Source: Eledone cirrhosa (lineage: Eukaryota). Taken from it: a DNA stretch of 64,000 nt. How positions within the stretch are numbered: the stretch's first letter is position 1; each line of letters begins with the position of its first letter. The DNA is taken from assembly GCA_964016885.1 (NCBI GenBank), contig OZ024741.1, positions 347,448,001 to 347,512,000 of the forward strand, given 5' to 3'. Below the pieces are notes generated by a model. That model worked only from the letters and a program-made list of their open reading frames with translations, was not told where the DNA came from and did not search any database. A program made the translations under genes and the position numbers. Below, in pieces: positions 1-13,403 of this stretch.

Positions 1-3000
1 TAGCAACAGCAGCAGCAGCACAGCAGTAGCAGTAGCGATAATGTTTTATTGACTTGAGCGGGACACGGTATTTCGTTTTGATAAAAAAACTGCCAATGAC
101 TAAAATTTCTTTGCAAAGATTCAGTAAACTCTCTACATTTTGATTTAAAATGTTAACCCGATTTCCCACAATTCAATCGCTGAAGTTTATATTCATTCAA
201 TTATTATTAGTATTATTCAAAACGTGCGAATAACACAAATAGAATATCACTTATATGGAAGCTATACATATTCAGCTTCATTCTTGCTCAACGTCAATTC
301 AGATCCCTCCCCTGTTGATGTTCCATTTCTCCTTTGAAAAGGGCATTTAATCGTTTATTATTTCGAGAGTGATATATAGCCTTGTTTTTAACATCGCGTA
401 TATTTGTATTTACGTGATAAATAAGATACTTTCTAAACATTGCAGTTAAGTGAAAAGAATTTCAAATAAGCCCTTTTCTATATTATCTGAATCTGAATGT
501 TGCTTCTGTCGTTTTTCTTTCGCGTTTTACTATTGGGGATTGATTTAGTTGAACATTATATTCCTACTCTGCGCACTTGCAGTATTGTGCCAAATCTCGA
601 ATTCGATTATCATTATATGTATTGCATTGTGACAAGAGAATGAGATTTTCTTTCTGGATTTACTTATCTCACTTTCCTGGCAGTAACATCTGTTATCTCC
701 AGTCGAACCTTTACTATAACTGTAATTTGCATTATAATTATAATGCACTAAAGTGGTTTGGTGGAATAGGAATAATGGAAATTATGTGCGCCAATCTTGA
801 GTTACTACAGCTTATGCGTGCGTACAATCGTGCGTGTTATGAGATCTGTAGTAAAGAATAATAAGATATATACTAGAATTTTACTCATCATAATGACAGG
901 TACAATTCGGAGTATACTATTTGCATTGTTATGTTAATATTCTATCTCTCTATTTATCTCACTCCCGCACCCCTTTCTCTCTCATTCGCCCCTCTTTTTC
1001 CTTGCCCCGCCTCTCTATCTCCATCCTCTTCAGTCTTATTACCTCACTTTCTTCTCAATATAAGTTAACAGACGTGAAAATGGATCAACCAACACAGAGG
1101 GTATTATATATTAGATATATAAAGGGTCGATTTAACTTCTTAAGACAATAATTAATATTTTATCGGTGTCGGTATCACGGCAATCATCTAATCACTATGT
1201 TACAATAAATACGGAAACAATGTTAACATATTACAGTTCATATCACGTTTTTAATTTCACGTTATCACACGCATTAACAGAAGAGCTAACCATGTTTAAG
1301 ACAAGGGAAATCAAGTGGAGCTCCTCTAGAGGGATAGAATTTGGAAAACAGATAAAGCGCAACCTTAATTCATGTCTTATCAATATTGTATTAACTTACA
1401 CAATCTCAGTAACTAAATTTGCTTCTAGAAGACAACACTTGCGAAAGAGCGTGATTAAGACACTGGTGTCAAAACGTGTATTCTCTACATAAAGTTTATA
1501 GATTCATCCGCAATTCATGAATTTGGGGTTGATATAAATCAAATTCAGAGTGACTCGAATTCGAAATTTATTAAACAAATTTTGCAAGTGTATGTTGAAG
1601 CTAGAATAATTCTTAATGATATTAGAACGTATCTCATTTTATGTTAATGAACTAGCATCATACTGGTGGACTTAAAATATGGATATTTGGATGAGGTGTA
1701 AAAAGATGGGGAAATATGGTAACAATGTATACAAGGTGATTGAGTAGTAGATACTTTCTCTTTAACCTTTCCCCGCTTTTCTTCCTTCACGTAAAAGCAC
1801 GTATCTCACTATAGCCCTTGCTTCCCTCGAAAAGCTCGATTTTATTGAGAGTTTTCAGATGTCCTAGCATGTATACTGATTACAATTTGATACCGAGCGC
1901 TTATACGGTGTTTCTTTGGAGATGATACATGCATAATGAGGGTAAAACTTAAGTTGAATACGCTCTATTCGAGTGCCACAAAGTAATGGACATTCATATA
2001 AATACTGGTTTGTATGAAGCTACTAATACTAGAAATAGAAGTTGATAGTTCCTAAAATACCGCATATCTTTCCTGGAAACAAATAAATCACAACGGGGTC
2101 GCTACTAACGAAGGAATGAGCAGCGAAATCTCACAGAAAACTATCATGTGAACAGAAGTGAATCAATATGTAGCTGTCACACATACTTGATGTTATATTC
2201 AATTCTCCATCAAATACTTCATTTTTGTCGGAAAAAACATTTTGTAATCACAACGTATGATTGATATAACAGCACAGCCTTCCTCAAATGCCTTATTTTG
2301 ATCTCAAAATAAGGGATATGTATAGTTGTCGCTACTAATTGTATAAAGAGCAGTCAAGTCACACAGAATTCGTTCATTTTCGTCTGAACAGCAGAGAACA
2401 TTTATTTGGTTGCTACACATATTCAAATTAGCATGTATATCACCCTCATATCATTCATATTCATCTGAAACAAGTGAACGACAAAGTGTTTGATATATGT
2501 GGCAGTAATATTGACCAAAAGTCATTCCAGTTCATTATTTATGTCTCAAAATATGTTGTTCAAATTTAGTAATTATACAAGATAAACATAGCAAACAGCC
2601 TGCATTTCAATCCCTCAATATCGCCTGAAAACACATGTACAGTTATTTCGTCGCAACACATGCGAGATATAACATATGAATGTCTGTCAAAAGATAATTC
2701 TCTCTGAAATCGAGTAAACTTCAAAAGGGAGCTGATTACAATGAATGTCAGTGAATTACTTGCCTACATGTACAGAACATACCTCTTCAATTATAAAATC
2801 GGAGACATTTTTACGATTTCCATTACAATCTGAGATTTGTTTAAACATAGTACATATGGCATTAGGTACATTTTATCAAATGCAGTGACTGCACTAATGG
2901 TCAGTGCAAATATTATCACATTCTGTTTTTAAATGAAACAATGTTAGAACATTTTATATTGTTCTCATTCTTCATACAAACCAGTATTTATATCAAATGC

Positions 3001-3223
3001 TGTTACGTACGCCTGTGAACCTTTTGGTCCTGGATCTATGTGTTCAATACTGCCCAATTCGCAATGGGTTAAATAAATTCATTCAGTCAGCTTGTGAAAA
3101 GATTGTACGTGATTGTTATGATGTATGTACGCATGAATTTCTGGAAAGACTGTGGTTTTATGTTTTGTTACATGATATGTGTGAGCTACGACAAGGCAAT
3201 CTAGTATTTCAATCTGTTTATAA

Positions 3224-3610
3224 TAATTGTTTCTACTTTTGGCACAAGGTCAGAAATTATCTCAGTTTATTACTGATACTTCCCTTTATCGACCCCACAA
3301 GGAGGAAAGGCAAAGTGAACCTCGGCCGGATTTGGAACTCAGACCATAAAGGGTCGTAACTCTTTGCTATAAAGCATGGCATCAGACCCTCTACCGATAC
3401 TGCCAATCCACCGCTGTTGATGATACTTCTTTCTGCTTTAGGCACAAGGCCAGCAATTATCCAGTGCATTACTGGTACTTTATTTTATCGACCCCGTAAG
3501 GATGAAAGGAAAAGTAAACCTCGGCGGGATTTGAACACTGACCGTAAAGGGACGTAACTATGCTGGAAAGCGAGGCGTCCGACCTTCTACCGATACTGCC
3601 AATCCACCGC
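3224..3610 (-). mobile_element. Tandem pair of tRNA-derived SINEs (family A, ~190 bp each: 3224-3414, 3425-3610)
   Basis: Reverse complement of the family consensus: A box TGGCAGTATCGG, B box GAGTTCAAATCC, central GCCTTTCATCCTTACGGGGTCGATAAAATAAAGTACCAG, tail AGTAGAAACAATTA. The same element recurs ~13 times in the window. Confidence 0.85.
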
Positions 3611-4255
3611 TGTTGATAATAATGGCCCGTATTTGCCCTTATCGTGTTTTACCTCAGCTTAAAGTCTTCTAATGTAAAGTTGTTTCCTTCAACTACAAAA
3701 TGAATGGTGAGTAGAATCTCCGTTAATCTTCGTTAATTGTCATAAATGTGGAGATGTTGTGCACTCAAACTGTCATAAATCATCTGTCATGGGATGGTTG
3801 TTGATTCTGTTATTATACGACTCATATGATTAATGTTTAATATTTTATTATATTGTTGCGAAGGACGTCAGTTACTTGCCTTGAGCAAAATGCACAATAT
3901 GTCATTTTTCAGATTTATAACATATGCATGAAAACAGGCATTAATAGTTGACGATGTGTTATCACACATATTAATACGACCTTTAAGGTTACCTTCAAAC
4001 ACAATTAATTTGAGAACTGTTGTGTTTTCCCTGCTATCATCCAATAGATAATATTTTCAATTCCAACCAAGAGAAGTTTAAACAAATACTATTAATCTGT
4101 CCTTCACAAATATATGACGAAGCACACAATTTTCCAATTACTTTCCGTTGTTTATTTATGTATTTCAATATACAACGGTTGCATATATTGTATATGCATT
4201 GTATATGAATTGAATAAACACCAACACACACACAGGCATCCATACACACACACAT

Positions 4256-4375
<120 letters not shown>

Positions 4376-4539
4376 AAGTTTTCATTAGTTACAACAGTGA
4401 CATATACACGTACTTTAGTTTCCTTGGGTTATTCGCCCTAACTCATTCTTCTTGTCATAAAATTAAAAATAGCTCCCGCTCATGAAGGTTATAGAAAGTA
4501 TAGGAGAGTTCGAAGGGTAGGTAATCCCCAATGTGTGTA

Positions 4540-5393
4540 TCTATATATATAAAACTGTGGTTGTCTGTCTGTCTATCGATTTTTGGCACACATCTCCTCT
4601 TAGAATCTCTCACGGAATTGCACCGAAATTGCTAGACTTGTACATTGAGCCCTAGCGAAGACATCGGAAAAAAAAAATTTCAAATTGACCCACCCTATGT
4701 GACGAAATCGAATATAAAGTATCGATTTTTGAGCGTAAGTTATCAGTTATTTCCCTTTGTTCTGTTTACATTCAGCGTCTTACGTAAAAAATTACGCTGG
4801 CTTTCTCAGCGTTTAAAATGACATTAACACAATAGACGAACAGTTGAACACTAAGCTTCCGTTTTGCTTCATTTCCATTTAAAAGCATTTTAAAACAATA
4901 TTTTTACTTGAAAACAAGTCTATTTAAAGACTACGTAAAACAAGCAAATATTTCGTCGTTAGGCGTGCAGACAGACAGTCGTGCAGAGAGGTGATATAGG
5001 CGTGCAGACAGACAGTCGTGCAGAGAGGTGATATAGGCGTGCAGACAGACAGTCGTGCAGAGAGGTGATATAGGCGTGCAGACAGACATAACTGATAATT
5101 TGGTTACGCTAATGTTTTTCTCTGCGTTGCAGTGTTTACATTTTCGATCTTTGTTAATAAATAACCAGTGCAGTTTCTATCCCTAGCATCCTCTTTTGTT
5201 ATAACATTCGGGTTATCGTTATGTTTTCTTAACTTCATAAGGCATATTGTTGGTTGAGGGAATATTAATCAAAAACACCACATGCAAGTCTGCACAGTAG
5301 ACACTACAGTTTTTAAGCCAAGAAAGAAACTTAACATTGTAACTTTAACACAGCTACTGAGCGACCCCGAGCAACGCCGGGCTTTACTGCTAG
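4540..5393 (+). mobile_element. Non-autonomous Helitron
   Basis: 5' TCTATATATATAAAA followed by (GTCT)n. 3' GC-rich hairpin CCCGAGCAACGCCGGG then CTAG. Inserted between A and T with no TSD. Confidence 0.8.
4960..5088. repeat. 37-bp minisatellite x3.5 inside the Helitron
   Basis: TAGGCGTGCAGACAGACAGTCGTGCAGAGAGGTGATA at 4960, 4997, 5034, partial at 5071. Confidence 0.95.
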
Positions 5394-5499
5394 TTAATAT
5401 ATAAATCTCTTGAATAACGTAAGTGAAAAGGGAGGCAACTATGAAATTACAAGGTAGAAGACTTGTGTTACATATGGAGACCTGGTGTTACGTTGAAGA

Positions 5500-6330
5500 G
5501 TCGAAGAATATACATTCATCTATTTCACTTATCCGAGTTACACTGCAGGTAAAATTTTCGTCCCAGGGACAGAGGCTGGATTCTTCCATTTTCTGCTATT
5601 AAATGAAATCATTTAGCCGTTATTTTGAAAGTTCCACATATTTTTCAGAAGCTGAGTACTATATTTTTTTTTTGTCAAGATCTATCAAGTTTGTTTCGTG
5701 ATACAGGCTTTTGAACTGGCTCTCAGATCTTCCTACACAATTGCAGGCTTCACTTTCATGCTTCTGGATGGTGGAGCACATTTCTGCTTCATACATCACC
5801 GCTAGAGTGTTGCGCTGTTGATCCAAGGTGCATACTGTTTGCTTTCTGCATGAGCATCCGTAAAATGGAAGGATTTTGGTGTTGGTGATGTGGGATTTTA
5901 TGTAACTGGTACAAGGGATGACTATCTTCACACTATGGCGGATGAATATTTCTCAGTATTTATAGCCTACAGGTAAGTGAATATCTAGGAGGGCTAGGAA
6001 TTTCCTACCCTCATTTGTCTTCAAATAGAGTGCGAATGGCGTCGCGAACCACACGACGGATTTATATATAGGTTTGTTGTTTTTAGATGTAGGGCGGTGA
6101 TCTGGAGAGTAAGTGATTCACTCGGAGAAGATGCTGTTGCTTAGGCCTGAGTTGTAGTATTAGGGTTCCTATGTCTATGATACCTTTGTTAGAAGAGAGG
6201 TTGGATACCCTCTTGCTGATGTTATTAATGACATTTAAATATACTATAGAGGTGTGACGAGATTCCTTATGAATGTACCTATGTTTTTCACTAGAATTGT
6301 AGAATGTTCTATATGTGCGTGTACGTAGAT
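5500..6330 (-). pseudogene. Decayed PLE C-terminal/GIY-YIG region
   Basis: ORF 5659-5931 (GCSCRKQTVCTLDQQRNTLAVMYEAE...CVGRSESQFK) parallels the CxCR..CPL..C...VVYE...Y.G.T...FK pattern of the PLE copies at 30100-30618 and 55248-56320. Boundaries approximate. Confidence 0.6.
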
Positions 6331-6470
6331 CTAAATTAAAAAATCATTAAATGTTTTTGAATTAGTCATTAACATTTCAGTTTATACTTCAATCGGAAAA
6401 GAGGAATCAGCAAAAATAAGTCAAATCAAATTATTTATTTTGTTCGCTTGGTCCATTATCGAATGCACAA

Positions 6471-6820
6471 TCTATATAACTAAAACAGAGAATGTCTGTC
6501 TGTGTGTCTGTATGTCAGTCTCCCTAAAACTCGAGAACCACCCTACCGAGTTTTTTCAAACTTTACACATGAAATACTTATGATCCTGAGAGTCTTTTGA
6601 GCAAAAGATATTTCAAATTTTCAATGCCCTAGGGACCGCATTAGGCGATTTAGCGATCTCTCTCTATAATTCTTAGTCTTTCAATTTAGATAGATACATA
6701 GATATAACGTTGCGCCCTTGTAATATCTGTCTGTATGTTTGGCTGTCTGCATTACGACATTATGGCATCATTGACTTCGCTATTGGTGTGTGTGTGTTTT
6801 TATATGTATATATATATGTA

Positions 6821-6855
<35 letters not shown>

Positions 6856-7238
6856 GTGTAACGTTTTTTGAAATATTTACTTCTTCGTTCACAGATTGAA
6901 TTTTTTAGTTTCAGAAGATCCCGTTAAGGGTGAAAGCACCGATTCTTTGCTTAAACTTTAATCTGCTATTTTAATATATATATATATAATTATATATTCG
7001 TGTACAGATATTTTTGCATGCACAATAACAAAATATAAAAAAAAAGTATTTATTTCGCGATAAAGTATTGCTTTTCGTCGCACAGAAAAAATCCCTGGTA
7101 ATCTACGACGAATTTTTTTATAAGCACAAAATATAGACACCGTCCCGAGGCCGAGTTATTCTGTACTGTTACAGAAAGGAGGGATAAACATGCCAATCTA
7201 TGTTTAGATTACCGAGAAACGCCGGGCCATTCTGCTAG
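6471..7238 (+). mobile_element. Non-autonomous Helitron carrying an HHR-like fragment
   Basis: A|TCTATATAACTAAAA..GTCTGTCTG start; CCGAGAAACGCCGGG..CTAG|T end. Internal 6690-6938 is homologous to 51790-52053. Confidence 0.75.
6907..6957 (+). ncRNA. HHR-like motif with non-canonical CAGAAGA core
   Basis: AGTTT-CAGAAGA-T CCC GTTAA GGG T-GAAA-GCA..TGC-TT-AAACT: stems I, II and III pair, but U4 is replaced by A. Confidence 0.5.
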
Positions 7239-7682
7239 TATTATACTAAAAATATTAGGTGTGAAATCCATTACATTTAAGACGAAAGGTATTATCCAAC
7301 TGATTTCAGCATTTGAACACTCAAAATACATGCCTCAATTCCTGTCAGATACGTGTGTGTACATCAAGGTTTAGCTGCTAGATGTTCTATAAAGTTCAGT
7401 TTTCCATGTTTTTTTTTTATGTTCGGACGAGGCATAATTCCTGTGTATGAAGCACACCTGAACATTTTAGGACCTTGGGTTCTTTGCCCGCAACATAGCT
7501 TTAAAATCACTCCCAAGTATAAAATAGTTCTAACTGCGGGGCGATTGGAACGTGATGCGCATCTACCTCTTGACCCGACGAGCATTTCTACCGATAGTGC
7601 CAATCCACCGCTCTTCGGGTCAAATGATATCATGCTATACTTCACCGGTGCATATTTTTCTTGTATTATAGATTTGTTTTAA

Positions 7683-7868
7683 GGGCGGTGGATTGGCAGT
7701 ATCGGTAGAGGGTCGGACGCCATGCTTTCCAGCATAGTTACGTCCCTTTACGATCTGAGTTCAAATCCCGCCGAGGTTGACTTTGCCTTTCATCCTTACG
7801 GGGTCGATAAAATAAAGTACCAGTAATGCACTGGGTAATTACTGGCCTTGTGCCTAAAAGTAGAAACA
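7683..7868 (+). mobile_element. SINE family A, full length, with 18-bp TSD
   Basis: Full consensus. ATTATAGATTTGTTTTAA is duplicated at 7665-7682 and 7869-7886. Confidence 0.92.
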
Positions 7869-8200
7869 ATTATAGATTTGTTTTAACAGTTTCAATGATG
7901 CAAAACTAGTTAGATTGCGCGATGATGTATAGAAAACTGAAATGTAGTTTAATTCGTGGGTTGTGAGAGTTAATTTTATAATTGGTAATAAATGTTATTT
8001 TATTACGAAACTGTGAAGACTAGGAAAGAATCTTCGTTGACATTTTCAGAATTATTTCGGATTTTAATGGAATTGCTCACGAACATATCAATTTATAATC
8101 ATCAACAACATGGTGCTCATTGTCAAAATCATGCATGACCAGCAACTTATGATTGTATTACAAACGTTCATATCTTCTTCTTCTTCTTCTTCTTCTTCTT

Positions 8201-8231
<31 letters not shown>

Positions 8232-8239
8232 ACTGGATA

Positions 8240-10190
8240 GCATCATACATGCTTTTTGTACCATTGTGAATGGTAAAGTGAAATGTGAGATACATTATAT
8301 TATGAAGTCTGTGTTGTATATCGTATAAACTGTATGTGTGATTGTTTTGTTACAATTATGATAATAAATCGGTAATGCGTTATTATGTGGCCTGGTTATT
8401 TCTAGAAAGTCTATTAGATTTACTGTTTTTAGTGATGTGAATATGTCTATGGCTTCGATACTTTTATTCATATTTAATTAATCATACCTGGTGCTCCAAT
8501 CATATTCACCTAAATTCCTTCTTGAGTACATTTCATAATTCCTATTTCGTTTTTTTTTAATTTCTTCAACGTGCTTAGTCGCATTGTTTCTTTAATATGT
8601 ATTTTCAGTGTATTTAGATTCTACATTTCTTTTTGTTTATCGTTTCCTTACATAAAGGTGACTTTGTTTTTTTTTTCGTATTCTAGTTCCATTATTGCAT
8701 TTATCAAACTTAAATTCTGTGATCTCAAATTTCTTTCTCAGTAAGACATTTGTTCATTTATTGTAATTCTATATTCATTGCAGCACGGCTCCAGCTTATG
8801 AACCAGCCTGGTATATTCAATTCATAGCTGCTTTTGCTTGTGGCTTCGGCTGGTTGTCATTGTTTTCTGTTTTTTTTCCTTTGAAACTTTTTAACTCTCT
8901 TAATTTCCAGTGTGTTATATTGGTGCTGTAATATATAACTGAATTTGAAACGTATTTATAACTTATATCTTAGTTCAAACATTGTGCTTAATGTTTAACA
9001 AGAGTCTAACATTTTTGCAGTATTTTCCGAAATTTCTCTTTGTTTCCCATACGTTGTAGTTTAGCTCTTTCGTCTCATATAAGATAATTATATATGCAAT
9101 TCTGAAATACATATCTAACTTTGGTGCACATGTCTAGAGTAATATTATTAATGTTTGTATTGGTGCCTTTTCATAAAATAGCTTTAGCACAACTCTCTGA
9201 TACCATACTGATTCTTACGTATGAGCGGGAATTACAGGCAAATTGGAGGATACCAATATCAGTGATATATCAGGTAAAATGTTTAGAGATAATAGACGAG
9301 AAGATGTATAATTAATTCATAACTTCTGTAACCATGTGCAAATTGATCACAAAGATTTTATTACGTTTGGTCACAGAATGGCAAAATATATTTCAGGGGA
9401 CGGCGTAACACGTCATATTGAGAAATATAACTTCATATTTGTTTAAGCCTCGTTTTGATTATTCTTTGTTCTATATTATCGGATTGTATGTTATAGCATT
9501 TACAATATTTTTCATACAAGAGTTTATATATTTCAGGAGTGGTTTGGTTGAATATTTTATATTATATATGGCCTAAGTATCTAGACGCTGTATTTCACTA
9601 CCATACTTCCATTTGCGGCACAATTTAATTACTTCTGATTCCTTATTGTTAATTTCCAAATGTGTAACCAGCCAGTATGTATTATAAATGTAAAGGAATA
9701 ATACGTTGGTATTGACCTTCTTACAATTGTGTGTATGGTAGTTTTATTATGAGGTACTATAGTGATTTCACTCTGTGCCGTCCAGCAGCTTATTATCTGT
9801 AGACTTCTTAACAGTTGATAAAACGCTGCACAGAGTGTCCATGTGAGGTAGTGATTTGTTTCTCTCAGAAATTCGGGATCATATCTATTAAACATGTCCT
9901 CCCTTTCCGCACATCCGAATCCCTTGGTGATGGTAGAGGAGGCAAGGTTGTCATGCTACTATCGTTTATAGTCAAGATCCTATAGGTAATAATCTGTAGT
10001 GTTGTTGTATTGGACTTTTGCGATCCATACTTCCCTTCTCTATTTCAACATTTTAGATGTTATTACCGTGACTTCTATTGTTATGAATTCTGTTGATACA
10101 AGCGTTGAATGTTTTTCTATTTGCCTGCAGTATTTTTTTTCTTTCTTTTAGGAACTTGCCTTTTCTGCCATACATCTATGTCATTTATTT
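8240..10190 (-). pseudogene. Possible heavily decayed non-LTR retrotransposon ORF2
   Basis: Long non-microsatellite stretch. Minus-strand remnants GAPG (like KAPGxDG) and TRP..(like YRPI) occur in RT order. Many stops. Confidence 0.3.
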
Positions 10191-10286
10191 GCCATTCAAA
10201 TTTAACATATTTTTATGCTATTAATGTTATATAAAAACAAACTCACATAAACACAAACACACACGCGCATACACGAACAAACACAG

Positions 10287-10360
<74 letters not shown>

Positions 10361-11422
10361 ACATACCCCCCCACACACACACACACCCACACACACACAC
10401 CGAAAGTCAACAGAATGCCGGACTAGAAACTTTTGTTAAAGTCTTAATTTTGCGAAACCACTATATGTATTTCAATGGCCCAGCTTCATCATCCGAACAT
10501 GATGCAAAAATGGGCGATTCCATCAGGTGTAGATTACATACTTAGTTATATAAAATAACATAATTACGGTATACACAAACAGAGAATAGTGGAGACACTG
10601 GAAGTTATTTTAACAGAAAAAACATTCCCGAGTGGCACACGCGAAGCAATGCTAAGCAATGTGCATTGGTAAGCGCAAAAAATGGGGTGGGGCCATGATA
10701 TAGCGACAGGAACTATTTTCTTCAATGAATTTCATTCATCCATCAGACCCAAGCAGCCCACCGCTACAGAATTCAAGCGTATCAAACTCTGTGCCATATG
10801 TACATGTGTCGGTCATGGTGTAGTATTTGCCAAACAAAACAAATAACGTTGCTTTCAAGGGACAGAGAATTATTGAATCGTGCAGGTAGAGCAGTCTTAA
10901 ATATATTATATAAAGAGAACTCTGTTTAAATACCACATGTGTCTGTTAAACATACTATCGCATATAATATTGCCTAGACTGAATTGCAAGATAAAATTAG
11001 TCTGAAAGATTCACAATACCATGGGATAAAACTTCTTTATATAATTTCTTCAGTAGCTGCTTCTTCATCCATACTTAATATAGCATCAGCTGTGTTAGGC
11101 AGTCATTACAGTTTTAGAGAATGTGTTGGTTAATCACTTATCAGTTGGAATAGCACTAAAAAGTAATGAAATATCAATGATAATTATTTCATTACTTTGA
11201 AGTTTCATAAGAGAAGCATTGGTCATCTAATTTGCTAAGCCCGTAACGATATCTCACTATCGGAACCATTTATGTATCTCGGTTTTCCTTGTCTTCATTC
11301 CAAACTCTTAGATATTGTGCTTCGCATTTCTGTGTGTATCTTGTTTATTATTAAACTACACACACACACACATGTACACACACACACTCACCCTGCTACA
11401 CACATACACACACACACATATA

Positions 11423-11530
<108 letters not shown>

Positions 11531-11633
11531 AGAAGTTAATATGCCCACAGGTACTAAGTACCCCTGGAAATATATAGGGTATCTATGATACAATGGTTGT
11601 TCTATGGTATTAATTTGACATACCAGAACTATA

Positions 11634-12140
11634 ATATTGAGGTAAGCAGAACAAGCAAGATTCAAACAACATTTTAAAATAAATTAAAAAATATAATTTA
11701 AATATTTACCTATTCCAATTGCTTTTACCGATCGGTTTCACTTCACAAAAGATTGGAAATCCACAGGGACCTCCAATGGAAAAGTTTAGATCATCAGAAA
11801 GCATTTTCCTTTCCTAGGACTAAGAGTCCCAAGAACGGCAAAATATATTGCCATCTGCCAGCTAGCACAGGATCCAATGGAGCCGAAAATTGACCTATGC
11901 ATGAACCAGTCCGTAGTATAAGCGGAAGTAAACATAGACTTATTGTCTACCTCGCCACTAATAATAGCAGCTAAATAGAACAACAGATTTGTTCTCATTG
12001 GGGGTCCCTATGGATTTCCAATCTTTTGTGAAGTGAAACCGATCGGTAAAAGCAATTGGAATAGGTAAACATTTAAATTATATTTTTTATTTTATTTTAA
12101 AAAGTTGTGTAAATCTTGCTTGTTCTGCTTAACTCAATAT
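11634..12140. repeat. Inverted repeat, ~145-bp arms (11634-11778 / 11996-12140), PLE-end-like
   Basis: Arms are near-exact reverse complements, between (TA)n tracts. Each contains GAAACCGATCGGTA (palindromic HHR stem III) with a decayed core. Confidence 0.8.
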
Positions 12141-12170
12141 ATATATATATATGTGTATATATATATATGT

Positions 12171-12210
<40 letters not shown>

Positions 12211-12212
<2 letters not shown>

Positions 12213-12507
12213 TGGATCACAGTATGGATGTTATCGGACATCTCCCCCAGTATTTGTGGTCTCTGAGCTATTAATATGATGTCATCTGCGAAGTCTAGAT
12301 AGCATAAGTGTGCATCATATATATAGATATCCGTGATCTTTCAATTAATATTGTTTAGAATGGCGCCTTGTATACAAGATGTAAACATTCTCGGGGAAAT
12401 ATTGTCTCCTTGACTTACTCGTCATTCTAACATGAACTTGTAGTAATGTGAGAGTGGATGTAGCGCCATTTCAAAGGTTCGTTAATGGTGTGATAACGCT
12501 TGACTCA

Positions 12508-12510
<3 letters not shown>
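12211..12510 (-). pseudogene. Inverted duplicate of the RTE-like RT fragment at 15278-15570
   Basis: Reverse complement of 15278-15570, including the LDFADDII region. Confidence 0.85.
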
Positions 12511-12556
<46 letters not shown>

Positions 12557-12574
12557 GAGAGAGAGAGAGAGACA

Positions 12575-12800
12575 GACAGTCGACCGACAAGATCCTAGGC
12601 CTCATTCGCTTAAACTGTTGGGAGGAGCTAGTCAAATCGGAGCGAGGTAGCAATGTTTTCATTTGTATTTCCAATTGCTCCAGAAGAAGCAACGTGAAAT
12701 ATAGTGTCTTGCTCAAAGACATAACGCATCGCCCGGTCTGGGAATCGAAAACACAATCTCATGATTGCGAATCCAATTCTAACCACTCATCCACGCGCCT
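12575..12800 (-). mobile_element. tRNA-derived SINE family B (CORE-like)
   Basis: Minus strand reads AGGCGCGTGGATGAGTGGTTAG..TTCGATTCCC..GTCTTTGAGCAAGACAC: A/B boxes plus a CORE-like motif. The 3' boundary is approximate. Confidence 0.6.
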
Positions 12801-12856
12801 TCACTATACACACACATATATATATATATGTGTGTGTGTAAAGACTAAAATCCAAA

Positions 12857-12905
12857 GTTTCAGAAGATCCCGTTAAGGGTGAAAGCAGCGATTCTTTGCT
12901 TAAAC
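12857..12905 (+). ncRNA. HHR-like motif, CAGAAGA variant (second copy)
   Basis: GTTT-CAGAAGA-TCCCGTTAAGGGT-GAAA-GCA..TGC-TT-AAAC. Confidence 0.5.
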
Positions 12906-13403
12906 ATTAATCTGTTATTTTAATAAATATATATATATATATATATATATATTTCGTTTCTGAATTTGTTTAGCAAGACTCTTTATCTGAAATCGTGTGT
13001 TGAAACCGATATTGTTATACTTTGGGAGGGTCATGTTGCCAATAAGAAACACACGCACCAGCTGATTTCACTTCAATTTATTATATATTTATAAATTTAC
13101 AAATTTATAAATTTCTGGTTGGTTGGTTGGTTCCACAACCAGATAGTTGTTTATATATAGTCATAGTTCTTTCGTCACACACTCTGTGATCACTTCAGTG
13201 ACTGGGGATTCCTTTCTTTGTTTCTGTGCCTCTCCTTTGTTCTGTCCTACGCCATTTTGTTTCTCTGTGTGTGTTGTGTGCTCAGTCTGCGCATGCGCCA
13301 CATCCGGGTGTATGTGTGTGTTTATGTTCATTTATCTATTTGTTTATTTACATGTTACTGGTTGGTTGTTTGTTCTATGTGTGTGTGTGTTTTCATTTTG
13401 TCC

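Noticed and set aside
10560-11000. Possible hAT transposase remnant (SDG..HC)
   Set aside because: Only 2-3 residue matches across stops, and no TIRs seen.
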